From Phoronis australis (lineage: Eukaryota > Animalia > Phoronida), in assembly GCA_002633005.1 (NCBI GenBank), contig NMRA01000020.1, positions 1,074,803 to 1,138,802 of the forward strand: 64,000 nt of DNA, in the 5' to 3' direction. The position numbers and the translations under genes were made by a program. Positions 23,001 through 38,100 of this stretch are shown one piece after another. Below the pieces are notes generated by a model that worked only from the letters and a program-made list of their open reading frames with translations, made no database searches and was not told the origin of the DNA. Within the stretch, counting starts at the first letter, position 1; each line of letters starts with the position of its first letter.

Positions 23001-25329
23001 CAGTTCTACCTACAGTACATCTACCCTTTTTAACTAGTGATATGAAGTGATGAATCATGTATTTGAACCTCTAACTTTAATCTTTAATGTAAAGCGACTT
23101 GTAAAAGACCCACCCTATTTTAACGTTTCTAATTAGCGATCTAAGAATGAAACCCCAGAAATGTCAGCATTTCAAATAACAGGGTTAGGGTTATTCATTA
23201 AGTTCGGCGCAATGGGTTTAATAGGCAGTGAAACTGACGAGCACGGGACTGTAATTAAACATCGGATTAGTGTAACCGTACCTAACCCAGCAATTACGGC
23301 AATTTTTAATTTCTCGGATTTAATTGGCTTCCATGACAAATGACGTCGTATGGAGGTCGCAAGCTATTGTTTAACTTGCGAGATCCATGCGATGGGCGTA
23401 AGCGCGTTGCATTGTTATCGCCTATGGTACGATACCATTGTTTTCCCTTTTTCCGTCTTTAATGGATATAACAATTCAAGATATCGTACCTTGGACGCAC
23501 ATCAGCTTCTTTCCGATAAATGCTTGCCGTTATCATTAACAAAGAAAAACAAAGTCAACTATGGATAGGCCAATCTACCGGTCTCTATGCTACCATATTG
23601 CGAACGTGATCAGATAGTTTCCAAGCCTCTAATGACAACATACATGTGCCCAGCAACGATTTGGTACTCCTGCGAATATTGTGAAGTAACGTAATGGAGA
23701 GATGTCAGATCTGTTGATATGAGTTTTTTGAAATATGCGACAGAGCTCCATGTTCACACGACTTCCATGGCTACAATAGTTCTCTTAATTAAGTGTTTGT
23801 ATAAAAACATGTTTACGCAGATGATTCATTTCTTCACAAACTAATCATAGCCACGAGAGACTCGTTACAACGAAAACAAATAGGACGTCATACCTACATG
23901 TATATCCAATTTCTTAAAATCCATAATGAAAATGTATGTACTTTTCATTAACTACGGTACATTTGTTTGTCTAAATGTTTCTTTAAAGCGGCATTAAATG
24001 GACATTATTATTTTTGCGACCAGAAAAATCAATTTCGGTATTATTGCTGAATGGGGTGAACTTCTTTATTTTGCACTGTATTAAGTTTGACCAATGCTCT
24101 GCAACGTTTTATGAATTTATTCCCTTCATGATCCCAAGCTGTTTGTAACAGCACGATGGTCTTGGGCTAGGCAATGTGTGACAATCGCCAATTTTCGCCA
24201 AAAGTCGGTAAAACGGGTAGTGCTGTGTGAATGCCTTAAAATTGACCCCGAAACAAAAGAGAAGAAAGTGGGTTTCTTATCGTGATATTGTTTGCTAGCA
24301 CAGTACGGTAAAGGGTAGGGACTTTCAAATTTGGAATTGAAAGTATTCGTCAAATACAGGTATGTTTTTCATCCAGTGTCCACTACGATTGTGGATAGGC
24401 GAACTGACATGCATGCCTGTAGGCCTTACACGTGTGTTTGCTTCAGTACTTTTAAATGCAGTAGAAGCAGACGGTAAGTTCACTAAATGCACCCCAACAT
24501 TGTTACTCAAAAAGCAGACATTTAACTATCACCAGGGCTGCGACGACCAACAGTTTTAAATTTAGGAAGACTGAATGGGGCTCTCTAACTTCGTGTAGAC
24601 TGAAGGGGAAAGGGTAGCCTGTTAAGCAGATTTAATTTCAATTCGGCCGTGTGCGTGGTTCCGGTGGGTGAGGTTCAGGCGCAGAGGTCTTAACCTTTTC
24701 AGTCGCGCTGTGAAGTTATGACTTGGCATGGATTTGATGAATGTATCGTGGTTGATGATTTATCAATATACCCACTTCATATTTTCAAAAATGCAATAAC
24801 GTTCTCATTTTCCCGTGTTCGTAAGACAGGCTGGCAATTTTACATGCGCATGAAAGCCAAACAAAGTATTTTAGAGTACCAGAGCGTTGTTTTCGGTATA
24901 GGAACACTATTCCGATCTAATAACCGAAGAATCATTCATTTTGCAAGTAAAAGTGTAAAAAATACATGAGTTAAAAAAAGTTAGATCTTTTCATAGTAGT
25001 GAACTTTCGAAGTAGTGAACCTTCGGAATGGAGAACCGGATGGTGAGCAGTGGGCTGTTCCCATTTCCAACGACGTAAGCAACTTAAGTCAGTAACACGC
25101 AATGATATAACTAGAAAAAAAAATCGTCAAATTATTCTCTGACTAAATATTTTTGTCCGAGTAGATGTAATCATTCATTTAAGCATGTCTGATTTGAAAA
25201 TTTGGTAGGAAGTAACGCGAGAACGTTTTGGACCAGATTACATCTGCACTAGTCCCGTTCTTTGCTATAGCAACCGTCGCGGCATCCTCATCTCTGGTAC
25301 TACTAATTCCGCCTCAAACATACAACTGA

Positions 25330-25520
25330 GAGTCATCGTTGTGTATAAAAATTTTCAGTTGACTTTTGTCTCGTTTTCTAGTTTTTTCGATTTTTTTTTC
25401 TCTGAGGCGGAACTTTTTGCCCACTTCTCGCCAAATCAGGTACGGGGGACTGGCGAGCCTCCACCTGACTGAGCGCCCCCCCCCCCCCCCCCCCCCCCCN
25501 TGCCGGGTGCGCGCAGTGAA
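25330..25520 (+). mobile_element. Truncated MITE family A copy with poly-C tract
   Basis: Right half of family A ending gggtgcgcgcag; flanked by direct repeat ATACAACTGA. Confidence 0.7.
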
Positions 25521-25559
25521 ATACAACTGACTACTCATATTTGTGGATAAATTCTTGTA

Positions 25560-26168
25560 AATAACTCAAGTCTACTAACGTCGGTGTCACACTCCGACTC
25601 AGACTCCCCAACGACGTTTCACCTCCCGGCCAGAGGAGCATTTTTACGACCCGGTGACTCAGTAAGGTAGGGCAGACCACTCGCGCTGAGCTGTAAATTT
25701 GGACAAAATCGTTCTCCTTTTTTGCTCAACCGGCTCTCGCATAACGGTCTGAAGCGTGAATAACCAGCATTACTGGTCTTACAAATGACACAAATTCTCA
25801 CTGCGCATGCTAACAACTTGATACCATGACAAAGTACGTAGGCCTCAGTGAGACCGGCCGACTGAGGACGGACTAGTGAGACAAAAATTCAGTCCTTGCT
25901 TTTTATCTCGAATGTTTTGGTGCCGATTTCAACCCGTCCCGTTCAGCCATTGTTGTCAATCTTCGAAGTTAAAGGCAGGAACCAACTAAAAACTCAAACT
26001 TCCTATGTCACCGAGTGGACGTCCCTGGTGGCTTTCGGCCCGGCACTCGCTCAAGTGGTCACGCTTGGCTTGACCAGTCGCCAACCGACTAGAGCGACGT
26101 CTTTCGTGTACATGGTATTTCCGAGAGCTCTCCTTAAAAGAAGGTATACAAATGGATAAATAACAAAT
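25560..26168 (+). promoter_or_regulatory. CpG-rich promoter/5' region of ELP2
   Basis: Locally elevated GC and CpG density directly upstream of the ELP2 ATG; the TSS cannot be determined. Confidence 0.45.
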
Positions 26169-29100
26169 ATGGCGACTATCGACACATGTTTTGTTGCTGT
26201 TGGTTGCAATCGAACGCCAAACGCGTGTTCTTGGGGCACTAACAATATCATCTTGTACGCGTCTTGCAATGGAGTTGCTGTATATAACCCTAGTGTGAGT
26301 TTGAAGGAACTGTTTTGGACATAGGTGTATCTAATCGTGGTTAATGTAACATCCTTGTGCAAGTTTCACTCAGTGTCTCGATTGTTGAATGTTGATTGTT
26401 GGTAAGACATTTGACACGTAAACCGTCCGTAAATAAGTATTGACAGGCGTAAACATGAGTAAACCAGTAATTTTATGTACTGATAAATGGGTGTTCTTCA
26501 AAAATGCTGTACCGTAAGTTCAACTTTAATAGTCAGATAGGTGTGTCCCTGGACTTGATTAAAAATGATTTGAGACCCATGGCATCGTACGTCCAGATGG
26601 CTTGCATTTTCATTACAGTGTTTGGCAATTATTTTCTGCTTTAAGCTCGCCATCAACTTAGCCTTAATATCAACTAATATAACCTTGAGTTGCTTCAAGC
26701 CAATCGTCATTTCGCCATGGTTACTTTCTCTCACTCCCCAACCTGGTTTCCGGAGTGTAGGCCTGTAATCTTAGGCTGTATGAATCTTTACGTTTTCTGT
26801 CATCTGACTCGTGTAGATCATACTTTCATAGATGGACATAGGCAATTACATGCCCATAACAAGTTTCTCATTTCAAAATACAGCAAATAAAATTGAATGA
26901 AACATGCATGCTAGTTATAATTAACACATACGCATGACTTTGGATACAATTTAGTCGACATAACTTGAACATGTCCATGAAAATCTGATCGGCGTTCACT
27001 CGAGATTCTCTCAGTGGATGCTATTTTGAGGAAATTACGTGAAATCCCGCCTGTTGATGAACAAAAAGTCCAAGGGACACAAATCTAACAAATTTCACCT
27101 AATATCTTCCCATCCTTTTTTGCAAGTGTCACGTGCCACGTCACGCGCTTCGCACAGTTTTGCGCTAGCCTTTGCCTAACACACGTGACTCATTGGAAGT
27201 ATTTTATGGTTATTCCGCGCATGGTGAAAAAGTTAACGGTGACCAAAAAAGTGGAGTTGGAATTTTTTGCCAAAGTCACATTAATTCTCGTAACTAAGCT
27301 TCATCGACGATATATGTATAAGTAGAAAGGACCACTGAAGAAAGTAAGCATCTTTTTAAATGATTATTTTCAGTGGAGAATGTTTTGACGAGTTTAAAAT
27401 TCTTAATCGGTGAGCGGATTTCGCCTACCGCCTGTTTAAAATACATGGGACGAAATTAGTACAGAAAGCGATGGGAAGTATTGTAGCCCTTAACCGGCCA
27501 ACCGAGGGGCTACTTGTTGCCTAAGATGGACATTGATCTGAGCCGCAGTTTTTCTGTTAAATCTGAGCTAGCTCACAATTGCAAGGGTTGACATTCGCTA
27601 CATGTGAGAGGAATTTTGTTTTGTTTTGAGTAGATTAATGCAGTTATTGTCAGCATAGTCGCTTCTTGTGTAGTCTTACTTTGACAAGAATTTGAATGTG
27701 TGAATAATCTAATATTTGTCTGTAGACAAGCTCTAGTGCTGGACATGTGAACTCAGTGAGGGTGGCTCACTCCGACCGAATCAACTCTGTCCAGTGGATA
27801 CCTGTGACAGGTGAGTCTTTGTTGGAAAAAGTCAGCTGTTCAGGCTACTGCTATTGCCATCCTTTGTGAGTGGCACTCGGTTCAAGATGGCCAATCTTCT
27901 TCACTGGATATTTGCGGGCGTGGTCTTTTCCAGCACTTTTTCTCTGGCAATAGTTGGATATAATGTGCTCACATTTTAAGAAACTTTTTGATGCCCGTTG
28001 TTCAGGGGATAAAAGTGGTTCTCAAAATGCCGGCATGTTGTATCCAACTGTATTCCTTTCTCAGGATTTACAGTTCTTTTCTGAAGTGCTGCAATTCCCT
28101 TATACTTGTGCACAAATAACTCCTTTTTTCATGCATGTTTTGACAGGCGGTAGGAGGCACATGGGGCTTGTGCTTGGTGTGACACATCGTGTGTTATTGT
28201 ATCTGTGTACTCTACAACTTCGAAGCATAGTGTATGACAGAATAATTGTATTCATCATGAAACACAGTCGTAGCACTTGAGAAAAATCCTGCAGCTCATT
28301 ATTATGCGCCCACATAATATTTATATGTTTGCGCATATTGCTGTCGTCTCTGTCTAGATGTCCAGTGTCCGCAGCTGTATCTTCGGAGTTCGTTGGATTT
28401 TGATGAATTTCGGAAAATAGGTTTCTATAAAGGAGACGACAATGTCTTCCCATTTTCGGACAGATAGATGTTTTCTGTGCCACCTGGTGGCTGTTTAAAA
28501 ATTTTTGCATAATATTATGTTTTTGAGGTCCTTTCTATCTGTCAAACCACTCAAAGGATCATTGTGAAAATTAAAAGTTGAGTTCCTGATGTGAAGACCC
28601 TTGCTGATGTTGATTTTCGGATAATTTTGACTATTCTGGCATCTCCTGTGGCCTGGAGGCAATTTTGCTTTTTTACGTGTACAGGTCTATCTTCTTAACA
28701 CTTTGCAGGATCTTTGAGAAGGTTAGCAGATGGACTCCTATAGAGATGGCAACAGATGATGATGAGTTTCAATCCAATCGAACTATAGCTGTGCCCCCTA
28801 GTGTCAATTGTTTTTTACATTTGCCTCTATATCTTAGGAGTTCCTTGGCTTGTTTTCATGAAATTTGGCAAATAGTTAAGTATTACTGAGGCAGCGCCCC
28901 CTTTTCAATGCAGAGGGGTTTGGGCATTCTGCACCATCTAATGGCCATTTTTATGATACTTAAATACACCCATAGAAGCACGCCATTTGTAGCGCTGTCG
29001 TGGGTGCATTTCAACGCTGCGCATTGCTCTTGTAAGCTGAATGTATGGGTGAGAAAATAAGTATGACCATGAGCGAAGGGATGTGCGTGCATGGGAAAGG

Positions 29101-32100
29101 AAGGGTGTCAAGAATAACCTTCTTGTGTTGTGTGGGTGAGGAAGACTGCCAACCTTGTTGTTTCCTCAAATGACAGACGAGTGAAATAGTCTTGGTCTTC
29201 CATTTAAAAATAATTTAATGTATTGATGTAAAGATGTATTGTCAAAATATCGAATTAAGATTTTGAAGTTTTCAACGTCTGGGTACATGAGGTGGAAATT
29301 TCTGAATATCAGTTATGATTCCTTAAATATTAGTCCTGGTTCAGCAAACACTTTAAATTTGTATTTTTAGGCAGTGTAACAGAAGCAATCTCAGCATCTG
29401 CTGACAAAACTGCTGTTGTTTGGAGTTTGGATGGTGATGAGGTAGGATTTGTTCAAAAGGTGTGCAGTACTTAGAAATAGGCAGATAAAATGTAATGGTT
29501 CTTGAAAATGAAAATTATTATTAAGTGAAACACAGAATTTGGCAGCAGTTTCAGTAATTTGTCACTCTCTTACAGATTTTGTTGCAGTACTTTTGAAGTC
29601 GCGAATCTTTATCTGAAACATCAGTCTTTAAAAAATGTTTTGAATTATTACAAAAACGCTGCTTGTTTGTTATTTTCTTTTGATGCATTACTTTAAGGCT
29701 GTACTTAGTAAAAGTATTTGAATTAGATTTTAATTAGAAAGTCTTAATTTTTGAATTAATGATTTTACACAGCTTCGACCCGTCTCCACGCTGACTGGAC
29801 ACTCAAGTAGTGTGACTCAAGCATCAGGTGTTTACATAGAAGCTTCAGACAAAGAACGACCAATTACATTCATAGCTACTTGCTCGGCAGACTCTACAGT
29901 TAGAATATGGAGGAGACCTGCTGACTCTGGTAAGCGTGTCACTGGGCATTGGGGAAAACTAGCTCACCCATGTGTAAGCATGCGGACTCTTAGTTTAAAT
30001 ATTTCTCAAAGGTGTGGTTTGTGGTCTTGCCTTTTTTGCTAACATTGTATTTCTTCACAAAGTTGGCAAAGGATTGGGCAAGATGGAATGAGTGTAACTA
30101 TACTTATTCGTGTTTACATTGTTTATTTTTGACAAAAGTGCACCTGAATTACTTCCTTTCAGCCAGATAAGGCCAAAAGCATGGTTAGCTCTGGTCTCTA
30201 CCCTGACTCATATTAAGAGCTACGGTTCCTGACTAAAAATAAAAATGCCAGCTCACATTATTTTCAGCACAGGATTGCCAAGCGATGAGTAAAAGAAAAT
30301 CCCGCATTGTTTTTGATGAAAAAATACTGCACCACTGACTCGAGTTTCAAAAAACAAAACGAGACCCGAGCCACCTATGCTTTATCAGACAGGTATAACT
30401 TCCAGACAGTGCAAAAACATTTTGTAACTACATGATGTTTGCTTTATTTGTTGCTTTCATTCTAGAAGGCACTCACAGTTGTACATTTGGATGTACTGTT
30501 TGGTTCTTGTTTGTGTTTCAGCTGTTTCTGCAAAGCCAGTGCTTAATATGTAACATTTTCCCTGCTTACTTTGCAGACAGTTTCACATGCTTACAGACTA
30601 TTAGACTTGGGACAGGGTTTGCTCTTGATGCTGCCTGGGCCAGCCTGCCTGGGTGTAACAGTAAGTAAGATGAATTATTAACTTGTATGGTTGTGTGCCC
30701 ACTTGACCTAGATCCGCATCGTCGACATCTCTGCCTAGCACTGCTGTCATGGATCTGCTCTTGTGTCTGTACGGATGTCTGAAAATTTGCATGCCTGATG
30801 CTATCACGGTGTGAACCACCTGTGCCTTTGTCTTGGTGGTTACAATACTTTACCCCTTAGGCGAAGTTGTTTTCTGCACTTATTTCTGTATGTGCGCTGT
30901 AGTTCCTTGTCGCTGTCGCAATCAAGTTTTTTGGACACAGTGTTCTTTTGATTTTTGTAGTCATTTTCATTATGCAGTATGTTGTCATCCACATCCTTCT
31001 GGCATCCACTACTGTATCTCCAAAACCTTGTGATGAATGTTTGTGAAATTTTGTGGGCATGCATGGATTTCGATCATTATGTATTTGGCTTGTATTCAAA
31101 TTGATAGTGTTTGCTAAATTTTAAGCCTTTGTACAGTCCAGGAATTTGCTTGCTTAGTAGGACGTTATTTTGACGCATTGGACCTAGTCCAATAAAATTG
31201 AAATGCCAGTATTTAAAACAGGAATAATAATTAGGTCAGATTTACATAGCGCTTTGAACTACTAAGGACTTTGAACATTATCACCTGAAACTGGTCAATC
31301 GTAATCATTGTCAATTGCCCAGGAGCATACAATGGGTGCAACCTTTGTCCCATTACTCCAATCAATGTAAATGCTTAAAATTTTCAAGCGCTAAACTGCC
31401 TCCTTGGTTACACGAGACCTGCAACGTTTTTGAAAATGTGATGTGACTGCATTTCTGTTCCTATTTGTGAGTCCAAATCCTGTCATAATAATGGCAGATA
31501 TGTCATCACTAAACATCAGAATAGCTTGTGTATTGGACGGTAATTGTGCAGCACCTAGACATTTGGTGGACGCTTATGGGGCAGCAACTGCCGAATGAAT
31601 TTGACCATCTGTTCAAACTCCTGCTGTGTTGTAGCTTTACAAATGTCATCCACGTTGCAACGTGCTCAACAAAATGTACGTGGATTGTTACTATGTAAAA
31701 CGTTTGACTGTTCTTTGTTGTCCTCTCTTCATTGTAGCACCGTTACTTGCTCTGGGATGTGATGACCAAAAAATCCACCTGTTCACCCTTCAGCAGTCTC
31801 AGGTGAGTTGTCTGGTCAGTCAGAGTTACTACTGCTGCAATGGCTTGGTCAATTGGTACAGTTTGTTCTTAATGGTTTTTAAGGGCCATTGTGCCAAAAA
31901 CTGCTACCTCTTCCATAGTAAGATAGAGTTGTGTGTACTGTGTGTGTGCCGACTCAAAACCTCCCCTTCCAGTATCCAGATCCATGTACTTAATGCTCAT
32001 AGTTTTGCTTGGTTAGAAGTACCTGAGCAGTTTTCAAAAAGCCGTGGTGTTAATAGTAATTCTAACTTTTATTTTGTTTGGTTTGCTTAGTTTGTCAAAG

Positions 32101-35100
32101 CGCAGAGCTTGGCTGGTCATGAAGATTGGCTGCGGCAGTTAGATTTTACACAAGATGGTGAGTTGCTGCTCAAAACAGTTTTGTTCAGCTTAGATTTGCA
32201 TATTAAAAGGGATTCTACACACTGTTTTTTAATTTTGCTTAAAATTACTATTTTGTGCAATTACTGCTTCACTGAAAACATAAGAGCATTTTTTCTGGTA
32301 AAACTGGCCTCACTGTGTCACAAAATAGATACATTGGTTTGGGACATTCAGCCTCTCTTCTCAATCATCCATTAACTCCCCTGAATCGTTTGGCACACTT
32401 ACTGAATTTGCATATTTTGTCACGAGTTGTTAAAGTTAAATTAAACTTTGAAGCATTGGCGAAGGTCTACTGTGCTTCTAAGATTTTAGTGTAATATTCC
32501 GATAATAGTCAAAATGCGGGTTTAGTGTTCTTTCAACAGTATCTTTATTAATTCTTTTTATCAGAAAGTTGTCTTGTTCTGAAAATAAGATGCTAAATGT
32601 TATAGAAATATATTTTGTGGCCATTTTTTGCATCTACTTCATCTGCCAAACCTTGAAATAACAGTAATGTAATGTCAATGGGTTGATTATATTTCTATTT
32701 ATGCTTAGCTCTTTTCTATGCCTCAAGTCAACACATCTTCAAAACAGCTAGTCAATAAAATTATAAAAATTCCAGTGAAATGATGTTCATGATCACCATT
32801 TTTTAAACATTTGTGGTGAAATCTTGCTTATGGACATGCAATTCAGCAATCTATCTGTTTCTGTGAATACATTAATATGATGTTATAACTGGCTTTCTTG
32901 TCAGACAGTGGAGATGTGTTGCTTGCCAGCTGTGGTCAGGACTGCTTTATCAGACTTTGGAGGATAACACCTGCCTGTCAGAGACACCTGGTGGCTAATG
33001 TTGCTGACCTTCAGATGGAGGATGTTCAAGATATTAAGGTCAAGGAAATCACTTTTAGCGTGGATTACGAAGGTACTAAGAAATAAGTCGCTGAAGTTGT
33101 TTATTGTTTAAATGTGATAACCAGCTTGACCCATTTATGTGCCCCTATATTATGTAGTCTATCTAGTATCTATGTTTGACATCTGTCCATCTTGCGTCCA
33201 TGGCTGTTTCTCCTGAACCCCTAGGATTGTTGTAAAATTCGGCTACAACAGATGATGGCAACTTTATTTTAGTTTATTTTTTACGTTTGCCTCTGTATTT
33301 TTAGAGTTCTTGGATCGATTTTTATGAAATTTTGGCTAGTGGCCATTCTTGTTGATTTCTCATTGGTGGATTTAGGAGGTACTCTCCTGGCATGTCCAAA
33401 AATTGTAGAAATTGCTGCAACAGGCTATCTGTATAGCCATAGCTAATGCCTGTCCTGTAGGCCTTGAGTTGGTCCCCTTTTGAATACTTAAACTCTGATT
33501 AGAATCTAAATGTATTTTGATAATTTTGATATGATCTTCTTAGTAACCAGGCATTTAAACTGCAAATTAGCTGACTTTTCTGGAAACACTGGTATGTTCT
33601 TAACTGTTTACTGCTCCAGTGCTTCAAATTAACCATCCAATCAGGCATGCCACTTTCATGATTTACTTTTCCAACAGCAAATGTTACCTGCTTTCGAGCA
33701 GTTTGGCGTCAGTTAGTGTGGAGCCTTGATAGCGATGTGGAATTCAGGAGACATATTAGAGGTGCTGCTGTCACTTTTCAAGTGCATTGTGGGACAGTTG
33801 CCATCGTGTGAGCATTTGGTATCACCACAAATAACTTGGTGACATTCACCTTACTGTGTATGGGCGGGCGGACCGAACAGGCAGGTGGGAAGGGAGGGAA
33901 AGAGGGAGGTAGGACTTCAGTGACTTTATCACCACAAATACAGGCATCAAATATAAATGGGATTCATTTTGGAATTCTGTACCATTTCCAGGACAGAAAC
34001 ACTATACCTATGGAAAGTCAATGAATCAGATGTGTCTAGTTTGTAATCTTTTTTTTTAAGTCAAACACTTTAGAACTAAATGTTGCATGGACTACGTTCT
34101 GAGGGTTGTCATTTTGATTTCTTGATTTTACTGAAATGCCCTTTGATTCATTTCAGCTCGTCAATTGGTTGCAAGTACTTGATTGCATTCTTGCTGGATG
34201 TGTCTCGAGTTTCTTGAAGTTCTTAGATGCAATTTTCAAGTATACAGTTGGTGTCACTCAATGTGTGGAGTCACCATCTTAGTTACTTCATCTGATTCTA
34301 TTGCATGTTACTCCGTTATTTCAGACCAGAGCCTGGAGTACTATGTTTTGCTGGAGTCGGTACTCATGGCACACGAAAACTGGATCTATGGTATCAAATG
34401 GCACCCTGTAATCTACAAAGGTATGTGACCTGACATTATTTCTTAGGAGGAGGTTCAGCCTTACAAATTTCCCTTTAAGTTAATACCTCTGGAAATATCT
34501 CATGATATTAATAAGCACTGATGACTAACTTGGTACTTATATTGGAATTTTTTCAAAAAACTAATTAAGTTTATAGAGTCTGTTTCAATCTGAGAGGACC
34601 ATAACTTAATGATCTTGCATTTTTGACAAAATTCATAAAGGTTTGCTCGCTTTGTATACTGAAAGTGGTTAGTACTATTACTCAAGGTAATCTTTTGTTG
34701 ATAAGTTATTTTGGAAAATCAGTTATCGCACCGTCTATGATTGATTAATGTTTTTTCTTTTCAAGATGGCTGTTGTCACCAGCCCATGTGCCTGTTATCT
34801 GCTTCTATGGACAAAACTATGATCATCTGGAGACCAGACCCTGTCTCTGGAGTGTGGCTTGATCAGGTATTATATGTTATCATGTAGTGTAATAGTAGAG
34901 AAAAACAAAATTAATCAAGAGAAGTATAATAAATCATATTTTTGCTAAATTTGGCATGTCTTGACTAGATCATTTTGATACATTTAGCACTGACTTTCAA
35001 CGATGTCATTATGTTGGTTTTCAGACTCTAAAATGTGAATTACCGGTGTGGAGATGATGTCATTATCACATTTTTAGGATCATCACGTAGCCAACATTGA

Positions 35101-38100
35101 TAGAGAGTGAAACTCAATAATTCTTTTTTAATATGTCATTACATCTTTTAAGTAATCTGTTGGAAAGGGGCTGTGCTTGGGCTTGTCACTGACTATGATA
35201 CACTGTCAGTCAGTCAGCTTGCGGAGTTGTTTTATTAAAAATAGGCTTGGAATGGACAAAAGAACAATAATTGATTATATTTGAGGAAAGACATCATATT
35301 TTACAGTCATGATGCAACAGTGGTTTAAATAAAAAATAATCGACAATTAACATTTAGTGACATCGAAACAAAATTAATGTGACCATGATACGTGTCAGCA
35401 CGTCCAGCTTTCAAGTGCTTAAACACCATCTATGAAAGTTGACTGTGCTTGTGATCTGTGTCAGCACAGTCAGCTTTCAAGTGCTTAAAGCACCACCTAC
35501 AGAAGTTGACTGTGATTGTGATCTATGTGCTTTTAAGTGCTTAAAGTGCCACCTACAGAAGTTGACTGTGATCGTGATCTGTGTCAGCATGCTCAGCTTT
35601 CAAGTGCTTTAAGCGCCACCTACAAAAGTTGACACAGAGAAGGTGACACAGAGTTAGTTAACACAGCAAAACATTGTGTAAACAGAAATTGACACAGAAC
35701 CAGTTGTCACCGCCGTGTCAATTTCGTCACCATCTGTTGAGGTAAAGCAAGTTGTGCTTGATCATCTCGTTCCGTGTCAACTTACCAACTAAACACGAAT
35801 CTGGGCCAAGGCAGACGCGATCATGTTACCTGGGCTTGTGCAATAGCACACTCTCGGTCACCATTTTCATGCCATATCTACATGTACTCCTGACTTCCTT
35901 TACCTTTCGCCTGTTAGCTTAGCTGTTGCTGATTAACCTTTTTTCCCTCTAAATGTGCAGAAACATGCACTATTTTCTCTTTGTCAGCCTAAACTGCAAC
36001 TCCAACCTTTGTAATCTTGAACATGCGCACTCAACATTCTTGCCCACAACTTCCGTCTCTCCATCGTTTCTGAGTTTGTGTGTAAACAGCAGTTTGACAG
36101 TGATCATCTTGCTCCGTGTCAGTTTGCGCCATGTTACAGTTGATGTCTAAACACTGCTTCAGTCATATAGTTTCCAGCATCGAATAACAATGAGATCTCA
36201 TGAACATTACTTCAACAAGGAATTTTTAAAGGGAGTTAAAACAGCGTTTCCACAGCAGCGATCAATATGAATAATTCGTTACCACAGCAGTGGTCGTTTA
36301 GAAAGTTGTCAACTCTGATATATTGACCGCTGAAAATTCAAACTTCATAATCTGTCCAGTAAGTCTGTTATGCATTTTATCGGAAGTGTGATACCAAGAT
36401 TTCATTTTTTAATCTTAATTACATTAAGATATCATTTTTTCATCCCTCTAGTCTACAGCATGAATTCTCAGAAATGACACATAGTCTATCCATCATTATT
36501 TTCAGGTGCGAGTGGGAGAAGTGGGTGGAAACACTCTTGGTCTTTATGGCTGTCAGTTCAGCCCTGACGGCAGATCGATACTGGCACATGGTTACCAAGG
36601 GGCGCTTCATCTCTGGCACTTCGATCAGGTAGGTCTCACGTAGCTTGTTAGTCATCATTTTTCTGTCTTCTTTTGCTTTGCTTATCCTTGGAAAATAGTA
36701 AATATTTATAGACTTGCCTACGGAATGAAATGTCCCTTCATTCATGGTTTAAAAGGATTTACCGTGAAGACTTTAAGAGGAAACTGACCAGTGATTTCCA
36801 CTTGTTGCTACCTTAACTGCCCAATCAGCACCAAGAGTCTGTACATAGTCATTGTTATTATCTTTTTTTTTAATAAATTCATTATTATCATTTAACTCAT
36901 TCGACCCTGAGCACCATATGGAATAAATTGCTTAGTGGCCTGGCTGAGCTGTGGAATGTCTACCCCCTTGAAGTCGGAGGGTATTTCACTCAGAACTAGG
37001 TCACAAGCACTGCACATAATTAAAATCTCATCACTCAGTCATTAGTAAACATATACTTACCAAATTTTCAGCAATACATCTTGAGTAAATGAGCTTCATG
37101 TTGATATAAAATTTATCCAAGAGTTCAATATCGATAAAGGGTTGAACAAGTAGTTTTACTTTTTGTTTTCCAGAAACAAAGACGTTTGTTTACAAATAAT
37201 CCATTTAAATTTCCAGAAAACATATTGTCAAGAAAGTTTTCTGTGTAGCATATCCTCATCATAAACTAGATCACTGAAATCTGTATCTAAATCTGACCAC
37301 TCAGTGCCATCAGTATCCACACTATCATATCCATAATCATTGAAGTCTATATCTAAATGTGACCAGTGTCATCAGTATCCACACTATCCTCCATAATAAA
37401 GACTTCAAGAACTGTGAGAGAGCAGCAGAGATGATGTCGGTATAATATCAAGGGCAATTTCAAGTGAGTATGTGCACAGTGCTAGTCAAAGAGCAGAATG
37501 TTCCTAGTAATTGAACATTTTGTTATTGTTTCTGGTCAGTTCAAATAAAATAAACAGGAGCACCCTAGCAGATGATTAAGTGGTGACAGCAGTGTTATGT
37601 AACACCAATTAGGAGACAATTCAGGGCAATTAGCTTCATTCTAGTCTTCAAATCAAACAAACATACTATATTTCAGGGAGGAATATCTATATAACCTTTC
37701 AAAAGTTACCACAACAACCACTACAAAGTTAACACGCTTCCTGGTTTTTCCTTGAATTGATAATTTGCTTGTGAAGAAATGGTTCTAAATTCCAGAAATA
37801 ACAGCCAATAAGCATTAACTTCACAAACAAGAAGTTAACACAGAGTATGGTGTCTCAGTCCTCATTGGATAGAAAACTGGGAATACCCTAGATATATTTA
37901 AACTTAAACCAATAAATTGCTGCCTCCTATCCCTCCTGAAGGCGTGATCCGCCTGTGAGATCCATTCTTAGATAACGCCTCCAGAGGGCATCAGGCCCTG
38001 AGTGAAAATAAACAGTCAGGCCATAAGGTGGGATCAGGGAGTCATTTAATTTGATTATTCTGGTAAGTTAGGCCTTGAGGACCATGTTGTGAAGAAGTCT

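Noticed and set aside
23181-23290. Telomere-like gggttagggtta / cctaaccc motifs
   Set aside because: Only 1-2 units, typical of MITE interiors; not an interstitial telomeric array.
35392-35635. CRISPR-like periodicity (~66 bp)
   Set aside because: The whole unit is repeated with no unique spacers; it is a minisatellite.
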